Part shown: one piece after another, positions 26,267 through 34,961 of the stretch
Layout of the letters: each line of letters begins with the position of its first letter
How positions within the stretch are numbered: position 1 is the first letter of the stretch
NCBI GenBank assembly: GCA_021732025.1
Contig: JAKFVU010000080.1
Coordinates: 162,656 to 226,655 of the forward strand
Origin: Candidatus Obscuribacterales bacterium
GTDB lineage: Bacteria > Cyanobacteriota > Vampirovibrionia > Obscuribacterales > Obscuribacteraceae
Length of the DNA: 64,000 bases
Direction: 5' to 3'
Translations under genes and position numbers: made by a program
The notes under the pieces: generated by a model
What the model was told of the DNA's origin: nothing
The model's database searches: none
What the model saw: the letters and a program-made list of their open reading frames with translations, nothing else

Positions 26267-28237
26267 ATGAACACGAATCATGGCATCAAGCCCGCTTACA
26301 TGGACAAGAGCGTCAGTCCCGGCGTCGATTTCAACCGCTTTGCCAACGGCACCTGGATCGACAACACCGAAATCCCCGCCCAGTATCCTCGCTGGGGCGC
26401 CTTCCTCATGCTGCGCGACCTCACTCTCGAGCAGACCCGCGTCATCCTCGAAGAGCTGGCCACCCGCGCTGACACGTTCGCCCCTGGCAGCATCGAGCAG
26501 AAGGTCAACGACTTCTACACCTCGGGCATGGACGAAGCCGCCATCGAAGCCGCCGGCATCAGCCCCATCAAGGCCGAACTGGCACGCATCAACGGCATTC
26601 GCACCCTTCGTCGCCTGGGCGATGTCATCGCACACCTGCACACTGTGGGCGTCGGCGGTGCTTTCGCTTTCGGCGCTTCGCCGGACGCCGACGATTCCAG
26701 CCAGATGATCGGCCACGCTCTGCAGTCGGGGATCGGTCTGCCTGACCGCGATTACTACCTCGGCCGCGACAAGAAGAGCAAGGAGCTGCGCCAGGCGTAC
26801 GTCAACATGCTCGCTCGCATGTTCGAGCTGATCGGCGAAAAGCCCAAGCTTGCCCGTCGTCATGCCGAAAGCGTGCTCAAGCTCGAGACCGCCATGGCCA
26901 AGGCCTTCATGAGCAAGGAAGACCGCCGCGATCCGGACAAGACCAAGAACAAGATGACCATCGCTCAGTTCCAGGCCCTGGTGCCGAAGCTGGACGTGGC
27001 CCGCTACTTCAACAACATCGGCTGCCCGCCGATGGAGACGCTCAACGTCATGCAGCCGGCTTACTTCCAGGCGCTCAACAAGCTCTTGGGCAAGGTCTCG
27101 CTCAATGACTGGCGGGTCTATCTGCGTTGGCAGCTGATTCGCAGCTCCTCGTCGGCTCTGCCTGCGGCGTTCGGCGATGCTTCCTTCGAGTTCTACGGCA
27201 AGACCATGCAGGGCAGCAAGCAGCGCGAGCCGCGTTGGATGCGCATGATCTCGGCAACCAACGGCGCCCTCGGTGAAGCTCTCGGCCAGCTCTATGTGGC
27301 CAAGCACTTCAAGCCCGAGGCCAAGGCCAAGATGCTCGAGCTGATCGCGCTCCTCCAGGACGCTTTCCGCGACAGCATCAACGAGCGCACCTGGATGAGC
27401 GAGGAGACCCGCGTCAATGCGCTGGCCAAGCTCGACGCCTTCGTGCCCATGATCGGCTACCCCGACAAGTGGCGCGATTACTCCGAGCTGCACATCGACC
27501 GCACGTCGTTCGCCGCCAACTGCCTGCGCTCGGACGAGTTCGAGCACAAGGCTGACCTGGCCAAGATCGGCAAGCCGGTGGACCAGTCGGAATGGCACAT
27601 GACCCCGCAGACGGTCAATGCCTACTACTCGCCGCAATCCAACCGCATCGTCTTCCCTGCGGCGATTCTGCAAGACCCGTTCTTCGACCCGGAGGCCGAC
27701 TTCGCCTTCAACTGCGGCGGCATCTTGGTGGTCATCGGCCATGAAGAGTCGCACGGTTTCGACGACAAGGGTTGCCGCTACGACGGTCAGGGCAATCTGC
27801 GCAACTGGTTTGCGGAGGGCGACCTGGACAAGTTCATGGTGCTGATCAACCTGCTGAAGAAGCAGTTCGGTCAGTTCACTGTGGCGGGTGGCAAGAAGGT
27901 CAACCCCAACCTGGTTGCTGGCGAAGCTGCTGGTGACTTGGGCGGCATCAAGCTGGCTTTGCGGGTGCTGAAGAAGCACATCGCCAAGCACGGCATGACC
28001 ATCGACGCGAACGGCTACAACGACCTGCAGCGCTTCTTCATTGCCTTCGGGCAGATTTGGGCGTCCAAGGTCACTCCTCAGTACGAGGAACAGCAGGTGG
28101 CAACTGACCCGCACCCGCCGGCACAGTTCCGTGTCAACGGTACCCTCGCCCACTTGGCCGAGTTCGCCGAAGCATTCGGACTGCCCGACGATTGCCCGAT
28201 GATGCTGCCTCCGGCCGATCGCTGCGACCTCTGGTAA
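26267..28237 (+). CDS. M13-family zinc metallopeptidase (PepO/neprilysin-like)
   Basis: NAYYSPQSNRIVFPAAILQ, VIGHEESHGFDD (HExxH) and GEAAGDLGG. The ATG at 26267 is preceded by GGAGA. Codons are extremely C/G-ending, and antisense ORF 26159..28153 is a shadow. Confidence 0.85.
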   Translation: MNTNHGIKPAYMDKSVSPGVDFNRFANGTWIDNTEIPAQYPRWGAFLMLRDLTLEQTRVILEELATRADTFAPGSIEQKVNDFYTSGMDEAAIEAAGISPIKAELARINGIRTLRRLGDVIAHLHTVGVGGAFAFGASPDADDSSQMIGHALQSGIGLPDRDYYLGRDKKSKELRQAYVNMLARMFELIGEKPKLARRHAESVLKLETAMAKAFMSKEDRRDPDKTKNKMTIAQFQALVPKLDVARYFNNIGCPPMETLNVMQPAYFQALNKLLGKVSLNDWRVYLRWQLIRSSSSALPAAFGDASFEFYGKTMQGSKQREPRWMRMISATNGALGEALGQLYVAKHFKPEAKAKMLELIALLQDAFRDSINERTWMSEETRVNALAKLDAFVPMIGYPDKWRDYSELHIDRTSFAANCLRSDEFEHKADLAKIGKPVDQSEWHMTPQTVNAYYSPQSNRIVFPAAILQDPFFDPEADFAFNCGGILVVIGHEESHGFDDKGCRYDGQGNLRNWFAEGDLDKFMVLINLLKKQFGQFTVAGGKKVNPNLVAGEAAGDLGGIKLALRVLKKHIAKHGMTIDANGYNDLQRFFIAFGQIWASKVTPQYEEQQVATDPHPPAQFRVNGTLAHLAEFAEAFGLPDDCPMMLPPADRCDLW

Positions 28238-28290
28238 CAGCGAGCTCTAGTAACAGCAACTAGGGCAGGGGCTGGTCGGTAGTTCTAGAA

Positions 28291-28368
28291 GCTGTCACTG
28301 TTCCAGGCTGGAAGCTTATGCCCTCGTGGCGTAGGTTTTCAGTCTGGGCAGTGGCAGTTTCTTTTTTC
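28291..28368 (+). terminator. possible terminator after the M13 peptidase gene
   Basis: Imperfect long stem GCTGTCACTGTTCCAGGCTG / CAGTCTGGGCAGTGGCAG followed by TTTCTTTTTT. The loop is large, so confidence is limited. Confidence 0.4.
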
Positions 28369-28459
28369 TGATTTTTTACTACATTCTATAGTCTTACATG
28401 AGTTAGTTATAAGTAAGGGAAGAGTCAGTTACTAGTTAGTTGAAGGAATTCGAAGAAGC

Positions 28460-28534
28460 AATCGTTTTGAGAGAAATCGTTTTGAGAGAAATCGTATTGA
28501 GTGAAATCGTTTTGAGAGAAATCGCAGCGAGAGC
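28460..28534. repeat. 5 x 15-bp tandem repeat (AATCGTTTTGAGAGA consensus)
   Basis: Copies at 28460, 28475, 28490 (2 mismatches), 28505 and 28520 (degenerate). Intergenic, about 110 nt upstream of the ATG at 28642. Confidence 0.95.
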
Positions 28535-28641
28535 AGCCGTACAAATTGGGCCTAGAGACAGTTTAGCCAACGTTTGATTAGGCTGTAGCTTTGGTATAAC
28601 AACCTTGGAGTACTTGGTGTTGAATTTTAGTAGGCCGGAAA

Positions 28642-29478
28642 ATGAAATCCGAAGAAATTAATCGCCCTAGCCCGGCCAATCCCAGAGGCAAAAGAGCTCG
28701 AGCCCTGACACGTGCTATTGACATGGTCAGTGAAGAATTCATCGAGAATTTTGCCCAGACCGGTTTCGATGAAGAACCAGAAAAAAGGCCAGAGAAAGCC
28801 CCAGCAAACACTGGCTGTGATGGGCAATCTTGCCTAAATTCGGCTGCTGAACAAACACTGACAGCAAGAGAAATAAGAGAAGAGAGAGAAAAAAACGAAG
28901 CTCAAGATTTGGCGAAAGCCAAAACTGAGTTCTCCGGGTTTGCTTCATTACTCGACAAGGCCAAGAAAAGCAGCAAAGAATCTGTCTTTTCTCGCCTCCT
29001 TAACGACCAAGAAGATGAGTGCGAGTTGGACAATGATAAAGACAACAAGAACATTCCGTGTACGTCGGAACAGACTGGCAGAGCGGCTGGAGATGCCTTT
29101 AAACCAGGTACGGAAACTACACTGGATGGTTCAATTATCAGAGTAAAAGAGTTGGGTCAAAAGAAGCGTGGCCTCTACACATCCTGCATGCAAAAGCCCT
29201 CCGTTCCAGACGCGGCAAGTGTGGCAAAGACCACAGCCGAAGTAGGTATACGTAAACCCTCCGCTGCGCAAATCGAAGCGGCAGTTCTTCAAGCAGCTCA
29301 TGCCAATGAAGCAAGAGCTATTGCACGCGCGCAGGCGAATTTGGCCATGGAAGCGCAAGCAAAACTAGCCTTGGACGAACAACAAGGTACATCCTGCCCA
29401 ATTATGAAATATGGTTTGGCACCGATAACAGCGCTGTGGCGCAAGTTGACCAGTTGGATAAAGCCGAAAGGCAATTGA
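28642..29478 (+). CDS. hypothetical charged protein
   Basis: 278-aa ORF, Lys/Glu/Ala-rich, with no motif recognised. Confidence 0.5.
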   Translation: MKSEEINRPSPANPRGKRARALTRAIDMVSEEFIENFAQTGFDEEPEKRPEKAPANTGCDGQSCLNSAAEQTLTAREIREEREKNEAQDLAKAKTEFSGFASLLDKAKKSSKESVFSRLLNDQEDECELDNDKDNKNIPCTSEQTGRAAGDAFKPGTETTLDGSIIRVKELGQKKRGLYTSCMQKPSVPDAASVAKTTAEVGIRKPSAAQIEAAVLQAAHANEARAIARAQANLAMEAQAKLALDEQQGTSCPIMKYGLAPITALWRKLTSWIKPKGN

Positions 29479-29498
29479 CGAAGTCAGTAATGTTAAGG

Positions 29499-30059
29499 CT
29501 AGCCTAGTGCTTGGGCCAAGGCTGTATCAATAGCCGGGCCAAGGGCCAGGCACAGCCGTGAAATTTCAGCAGTCACCATTGCTTGAAACTGTTCTTCTTG
29601 CGAAGCGGTCGAGCCAGATCCTACTGTCATTTTAAGCGTAGTGCTGAACGACTGCGCGCCATAGCGTCCCACTCTAAAGCTGTACCCAGGCCAACTGGCC
29701 ACCATGTCATAAATGCCATCAACCAAGGGCTTCGTTACAGCTATACGCTTGATCTTAGTACCAGGTATGGTGGCAGAGTGAAAGACATGAAGCATCACTG
29801 GAACTTCGCACGCTAGCCACTGCTTGGCCCCGAATTGCGCTTCAAAGTGAATACCTTGGCCACTTTCGTTAAACCAATGAGGGCGAAACACATGCACTGT
29901 CACTGACTCTGCTTGTGGAAGCGGCGGAAAGAAATGGACATCTACTAACCAATTTTGGGCAAACCAGTCTTGCTGTTTTAGACGTATTGCTACTGCATCC
30001 ATCAAAGCTTTGGCGCTATGCAAATCTTGAGCTACTTGTTGGACAGTATCGCGCTTCAA
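29499..30059 (-). CDS. hypothetical protein
   Basis: 186-aa ORF with no motif recognised. Confidence 0.5.
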   Translation of the reverse strand: MKRDTVQQVAQDLHSAKALMDAVAIRLKQQDWFAQNWLVDVHFFPPLPQAESVTVHVFRPHWFNESGQGIHFEAQFGAKQWLACEVPVMLHVFHSATIPGTKIKRIAVTKPLVDGIYDMVASWPGYSFRVGRYGAQSFSTTLKMTVGSGSTASQEEQFQAMVTAEISRLCLALGPAIDTALAQALG

Positions 30060-30170
30060 CTTACCTTTCCTCTATTCTGATTGACTGCTTTTCGTGCAGC
30101 AAATTTCATCACTACTTTAGCATTGGCCAACCGTCAGCATGAGATTTTAGACTAGAGGCCGCTAGTGAAC

Positions 30171-30198
30171 AGAGATAGGTGATGAGAGATAGGTGATG
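30171..30198. repeat. 2 x 14-bp tandem repeat (AGAGATAGGTGATG)
   Basis: Exact duplication read from the sequence. Intergenic. Confidence 0.9.
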
Positions 30199-30301
30199 AG
30201 AAAGAAATTTGGGGTTTCGCTATAACGCGTAGTAGATCAACAGAAAAAGCAAAGTGCTAGTTCCGAAGAACTACTCACACTTTGCTAAAAACTAGTGACG
30301 C

Positions 30302-30868
30302 CTATAGAGGTTTTGGCATCACCGGTTTTCTTGCTCCAGACCTGGCAGCGGCTGGCTCTTTCACTTCAGGCGGCGGATACATTGCTGCATAAGCCTCGTC
30401 GATGAAAGTCTTCAATTGCGCTTCGCTCTTGGCACCAGATTCAGTGTCGTAGACCTGAAGCGGCGGCTTAACCATGTAGTACACGGGGTAAGCAACACCG
30501 CTCTGAAACTCCTCTTCGCTCGTTGTTACACGAACAAAGCGCACCTTGTCTTTGTAGGCCGCAGCCAAGGTGTTGACCACTTGGTGCTGGCCAGCACAAT
30601 CAGCGTCGCAGTGCTTGGGATCGTACTCCTCGACGAAAACTGGCAGTGCCGAATTGGCAACAACAGTCAACATCGCATCGTAACCAATCTCCTGCACATA
30701 TGCTGAAGACGGCGGCCTCACTCCGTCATCATTCTGACGCTCGTTCTGACGAATATTAGCGACGCTGCATGCCGTCAACGAGCTGAACGTCATGCTCAGG
30801 GCGACCAAGACAAAGGCCAATCGAAATAAACGCTTCAGCTGACTTATTGAATTCGGCAGAGTTGGCAT
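30302..30868 (-). CDS. lipoprotein with thioredoxin-like C-terminal region (tentative)
   Basis: ATG at 30868. Lipobox-like LTAC after a hydrophobic signal (FVLVALSMTFSSLTAC). The longer ORF 30302..31312 runs through the upstream gene in another frame and is rejected. Confidence 0.55.
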   Translation of the reverse strand: MPTLPNSISQLKRLFRLAFVLVALSMTFSSLTACSVANIRQNERQNDDGVRPPSSAYVQEIGYDAMLTVVANSALPVFVEEYDPKHCDADCAGQHQVVNTLAAAYKDKVRFVRVTTSEEEFQSGVAYPVYYMVKPPLQVYDTESGAKSEAQLKTFIDEAYAAMYPPPEVKEPAAARSGARKPVMPKPL

Positions 30869-30870
30869 GA

Positions 30871-31278
30871 TTACTTCTCGGGCGACCGATCCAGAAGACG
30901 GGTCGGAATGTTGGCGAGAAGCATGCCCACAGTGACGATCAGTCCACCCAAAATTGCAGAGAGCACACCGTGCACTGCATAGATGGTGGGTATGACCAGA
31001 CCGAGAGCCGCAATGAAGAGGACGATACCAGCAATGGTGCTGAGCACAACCCACTTCATCACGCCAGGCATTGGACAAGTGCCCTTTGCCACTCCCAACA
31101 GCGGGTTGACGACCTTCGTCCACAGGCTTTGGTAGCCGTGGAAGATGGAGCCAAGAACCACAGCCAAGAGCAGACCGCCGTTGTACTCGATTCCCGGCAG
31201 AAGCGCAGGAGCCAAGTAAGCCAAGGAGGCAATACTGAAGACCACTCGAATCAGTTCGAGAAAATATTTGTTGTTCAT
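30871..31278 (-). CDS. four-TM membrane protein (DUF360 / phage-holin-IV-like)
   Basis: 135 aa from the ATG at 31278 (MNNKYFLELIRVVFSIASLAY...), with four hydrophobic helices. The family call is from general resemblance only. Confidence 0.5.
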   Translation of the reverse strand: MNNKYFLELIRVVFSIASLAYLAPALLPGIEYNGGLLLAVVLGSIFHGYQSLWTKVVNPLLGVAKGTCPMPGVMKWVVLSTIAGIVLFIAALGLVIPTIYAVHGVLSAILGGLIVTVGMLLANIPTRLLDRSPEK

Positions 31279-31334
31279 GTTTGTAATCCCAAATTGGGGC
31301 ACGCCCTCGCAAAAATCACAAGGGCGTGCCCGAT

Positions 31335-31357
31335 GGAAAACTAGGCCAGGCCTAGTT
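31335..31357 (-). terminator. short hairpin + T-run after the large membrane-protein gene
   Basis: On the minus strand: AACTAGG-CCTGG-CCTAGTT followed by TTCC, 14 nt after the stop. The stem is weak (7 bp). Confidence 0.35.
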
Positions 31358-31370
31358 CAGACGTATGGCC

Positions 31371-33398
31371 TTACTTCTTGCCGCCGAACATGGCCGAGAT
31401 GCTCTGCCAGACGGAAGCGACTGCCCGCGAGATGGGGCCAAGCAAGGCAGCGATGGCGATCACGAGCGGAGCCACGAGCTTGTAGATGAAGCTCGCGATC
31501 GGCTTGACGATGGCGAGAACCAGGCGATAGACGCTGGCAAACTGACGCCAGAAGCCTTCGTACACCTTCCACATGAAGTCGAAAGTGTTGCTCAGCAGCG
31601 GAGCCAGCCAGCCGGTGATGACCAGGTTGGCGAGCGGGCGGATGGCCAGGTAGACGGCCGGCGCGACGAAACCAGCGATGATGCTGGCCGACGTGCAAGC
31701 GACAATCACGGTCGCGATGACGTTGCCGCCAGAGACACCGAAGGCCCAATGCGCGCTTGCGAGCAGAGCGACGAAACCGCCACCAGCTGCCAGCGCCTCA
31801 GCACCCCACTTGTAGAAGAGCTTGCCGAGCAGCATGAACAGGTTGATACCGACGAAGACGGCCAAGGCCGAGTTGAGCCAGAAGCCGAAGCTGAGGTAGC
31901 CCATCGCCAGAGGCAGAGCCTGCCAGATGGCGACGCCGATCACCGAGATGTTGAGCACGTGACCGAACATGCCCGAGTAGGGCGTGGTGTCGTCGAAAGC
32001 CGAACGCTGGATGTCGCGAATGGCCTTACGCAGCTTGAGGAAAGCAGTCACAGCCGAGCCGTGCACCGAATCAAGCAGAGCACCCACGGGAGCCGAAGCC
32101 CACGAAGTGAGAGCGCGCACGATCAGGTAGAAGAACGGGTAGGCGATCAGGCCAGTGGCGAAAGTGACAGCAACGCTGGCCGCAGCCAACCAACCACCAA
32201 CGATACCAACCAGACCCGGCAGCACGAACCACGAAGCGACGCCAGCGGCAACCGACAGCGTGACACCGATGATCGGGTTGCCAGCCGACTTGTTCACCAC
32301 TTCACGCAGCGCTTCCACGTAGCTGTAGAGCACCGAAGCGGCCACTGCAACCCACACCAACACCGGCGGCAGATGAATCAGACCAGCGACGTAGTAAGCC
32401 ACCGCACCGAAGAGCAGCGCCACAACGATGTTCATCAGGTTGTGATAGAACTTGCGGAAATCTGCGTTCTTCTCGTCGTCATAGACGGCTTCGAGCAGGT
32501 TCTTCCAACCGCGCAGAACGGCTTCGGCCAGACCGCCGGAGAGCAGAGCGATGATGCCCGGGATGACGTAGATGAAGCCGACCACAGCCACAGCAGCTGC
32601 CGCAGCATAGAGGCCGACACCAGCGAAACCAGCAAGCAGAGCCGTCTTGGTGACGATGGCCCAGGTGGCAGCGCCACTGAGGACCGCAATCAGATGACCT
32701 TCCTTGCCTTCGTCCTGCAGCTGGTACAGGGGTACCAGCACGAGGGTGGTGGCGGTGAGCGCAAGCAGGCCAGCGAGAGCCTGGTTGACGTGGTAGTCCC
32801 ACAGTACCGTCGGCACCAGGGCGATCAGGTAGGTGTAGCTCGTGTAGGCGACGAAAGCGCCCAGAGCAAGAGTGGCCACAGCAACAACGACAGTGAGCAC
32901 ACCGACGGCCCAGCGCTTGCGACGCTTGGCACCTTCAGCAGGCGGGGTGTCGAGGATGGTGTTCCAGAGCGCAGACGCACCCGGAAACTTGCAAGCCACG
33001 GAAACCAGACCCTTGAACATCGGCGCAGCCGCGTTCTTGGCGATCTTGCGAGTGAGGTCGAGGAACTTCTCACCCAGCTCCCAGAGGGGCTTGAAGACAC
33101 CGAGGTAGGCCAGGGGCCAGACGATGCCGCCGGTGAGCCAGAAACCGAGAATGGAACCGAGGCCCCACCAGATAAACGACACGCCGTGGGAAAGACCGAA
33201 ATCGGCAGCCGAGACTGCGGCGAGGCACGAGAGGCCGAAGCCGACGATGCAACTGACGATGATGCTCTGCCACTTGCCGCCGTACGCCTTCTTGGACAGG
33301 AACTTGGACGGTTCCCAGATCAGCATGAAGAGTGCGACGAAGGGGTAGAGAGCGAACTTGAGGGCCTTCATGAGGCCGCTTTCACTTGTAGTGTTCAT
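31371..33398 (-). CDS. large polytopic membrane protein, family unknown
   Basis: 675 aa from the ATG at 33398 (GGAGA upstream). It has many hydrophobic helices (my rough estimate is about 20) interspersed with short amphipathic/basic segments. Strong C-ending codon bias. The plus-strand ORF 31365..33422 is a shadow. Confidence 0.7.
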   Translation of the reverse strand: MNTTSESGLMKALKFALYPFVALFMLIWEPSKFLSKKAYGGKWQSIIVSCIVGFGLSCLAAVSAADFGLSHGVSFIWWGLGSILGFWLTGGIVWPLAYLGVFKPLWELGEKFLDLTRKIAKNAAAPMFKGLVSVACKFPGASALWNTILDTPPAEGAKRRKRWAVGVLTVVVAVATLALGAFVAYTSYTYLIALVPTVLWDYHVNQALAGLLALTATTLVLVPLYQLQDEGKEGHLIAVLSGAATWAIVTKTALLAGFAGVGLYAAAAAVAVVGFIYVIPGIIALLSGGLAEAVLRGWKNLLEAVYDDEKNADFRKFYHNLMNIVVALLFGAVAYYVAGLIHLPPVLVWVAVAASVLYSYVEALREVVNKSAGNPIIGVTLSVAAGVASWFVLPGLVGIVGGWLAAASVAVTFATGLIAYPFFYLIVRALTSWASAPVGALLDSVHGSAVTAFLKLRKAIRDIQRSAFDDTTPYSGMFGHVLNISVIGVAIWQALPLAMGYLSFGFWLNSALAVFVGINLFMLLGKLFYKWGAEALAAGGGFVALLASAHWAFGVSGGNVIATVIVACTSASIIAGFVAPAVYLAIRPLANLVITGWLAPLLSNTFDFMWKVYEGFWRQFASVYRLVLAIVKPIASFIYKLVAPLVIAIAALLGPISRAVASVWQSISAMFGGKK

Positions 33399-33981
33399 AG
33401 TTTCTCCAGAGTTTCTGCGTGAACAGAGTTGTTCTGTCCGTGCAGTGGTAAAGAGAAGCTTCAAACCAGGCACAAATAACAAACACACTCGCCGTCCGTA
33501 ACAAAGCAGTGACTACCCACATGCTTGTTGCATCAGTTACGGAGGTTGCTAGCGGTAAGGCTGTGGTGTTTGTCGTTGATGGCGGCTTAAAGTTTCTCGA
33601 GGAAATGGTTGATGGGTAGTTCCCAAGAGACTAGATAAAACTATGGGCGCAAAGCTAGTGAATACTAGGAAGTGAGCCATATCTTAGATCATGAGCTATC
33701 GCTAGCATTAGTGATATATCTACTGCATATCACGACAACAGAGGGCCTGATGCGTCTGCAAAACAGAGTAAACACTAGGCGACACCAATTCCAGAAGCGA
33801 TTAGCGATTAGCGAACAGATGACAGAGGCGATTAGCAGAAGCTAAGTCGAGGCTAACCTAGCGCGGCTAGGTGAAGTAGCAGAACTTAGTGCCGCAATCC
33901 AAAGACTGGTGGCAATATGAAAATCAGCTCAGCTAGGCGCTGAAGCTAAGTCTAGATTAGGCTGAAGCCTGGTTAGCAGTA

Positions 33982-34188
33982 CTAATCTGAACGTGAGCTG
34001 GCATTGATGCCAGGCTGCTCGGTCTGAGCAGTGATACTGCTTTGCGATGGCTTCCAAGCCACCTCGCATACGCCTTTGGCGCAACGGGAGTTCGATTGGA
34101 CCTGATGATTGTTAGCGGCAACGATATCGTTTGATCTTTCGGTCTTAGGTTGCCCGAAATAATAGTGTCCAAGGGATTCCGAGTTCAT
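33982..34188 (-). CDS. small hypothetical protein (68 aa)
   Basis: This is the only ORF in a roughly 1-kb gap that has a good SD (AGGAAGGAATCGCAG-ATG). No homology recognised. Confidence 0.35.
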   Translation of the reverse strand: MNSESLGHYYFGQPKTERSNDIVAANNHQVQSNSRCAKGVCEVAWKPSQSSITAQTEQPGINASSRSD

Positions 34189-34462
34189 CTGCGATTCCTT
34201 CCTACTAGCCTCGTAATGAGGATTTGGTTAACTTCATTGTCATGAACGCCATGACCCTGATCGATAACTGCTGGCATCTTACCAAGTGCCAATACGTATC
34301 GCATAGAATATTCACTTTTTATCAGACTTTTATGCAATAAATATATTTTGGTACCACCACAGTTGACAGCAAAAGCAGCAGAAATGGCAATTAACTGATA
34401 AGATCACAAAGTGTCAAGAACTAGGCTACTACTGCCTTTCAATCAATACAGACGGTCTCCAC

Positions 34463-34960
34463 TTGAAAAGCTGCCCGCAGTGCGCAAAATCTCTTAAACT
34501 AATTGATATTGGTGGCAAAGACCGACTGGCCTGTGTTGAACCGGCTTGCGACTTTGTGCACTGGGACAATCCAAAACCAGTAACGGCAACCTTGGTTACT
34601 ACAGAAGCTGGGCTGGTACTAGTTAAACGCAAATTCGAGCCTTTCGTCGATGACTGGTGCCTTCCTGGTGGCTTCATCGAAGCAACTGAACACCCCGCCG
34701 AATCGGCCGCTCGCGAAGTACTCGAAGAAACAGGCCTGCACGTAGAAGTACAAAAGTTAGTGGGTGCCTCTGCCCCCGGCCGTGGTATCAACGTCATTAT
34801 TCTTTTCTATTTAGCCAAGGCCATAAAAGGCGACTTGATCGCTGGAGACGACGCCAGCGATGTGGGTGCATTCCAGTTGCATCAACTGCCTAAGAATATT
34901 TGCTTTGAATTACACCGGCAAATGATCTCTCGATACTTTAGCGAAAATGGCAGTTTCTAA
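34463..34960 (+). CDS. NUDIX hydrolase with N-terminal zinc-ribbon
   Basis: CPQC...C...C ribbon. Nudix box GGFIEATEHPAESAAREVLEETGL. TTG start. Confidence 0.8.
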   Translation: MKSCPQCAKSLKLIDIGGKDRLACVEPACDFVHWDNPKPVTATLVTTEAGLVLVKRKFEPFVDDWCLPGGFIEATEHPAESAAREVLEETGLHVEVQKLVGASAPGRGINVIILFYLAKAIKGDLIAGDDASDVGAFQLHQLPKNICFELHRQMISRYFSENGSF

Positions 34961-34961
34961 G

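Noticed and set aside
26159-28153. 664-aa ORF on the minus strand, antisense to the M13 peptidase gene
   Set aside because: The plus-strand frame carries the M13 motifs (NAYY, HEESHGFDD, GEAAGDLGG). The antisense translation is Leu/Val/Ala/Arg/Glu/Asp/Gly-rich with no motif and no SD. It is open only because the sense codons are nearly all C/G-ending.
28460-28534. Possible CRISPR array
   Set aside because: The repeats are only 15 bp and directly abut each other with no unique spacers. No cas genes are present in the window.
30869-31312. Upstream part of the 336-aa ORF 30302..31312
   Set aside because: It runs through the four-TM gene 30871..31278 in another frame and translates to Cys/Arg/His/Ser-rich sequence. 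The lipoprotein signal begins at the ATG at 30868.
31365-33422. 685-aa ORF on the plus strand, antisense to the large membrane-protein gene
   Set aside because: The translation is Asp/Glu/Arg/His/Ser-rich low-complexity sequence without an SD. The minus-strand frame has an SD, coherent TM helices and the same C-ending codon bias as the recognisable genes. This is a shadow ORF.
34085-34105. tRNA-like T-loop string GGGAGTTCGATTGGACC
   Set aside because: The flanking bases cannot form a T-stem, and no acceptor or anticodon arms can be drawn. The string lies inside the candidate small ORF 33982..34188.
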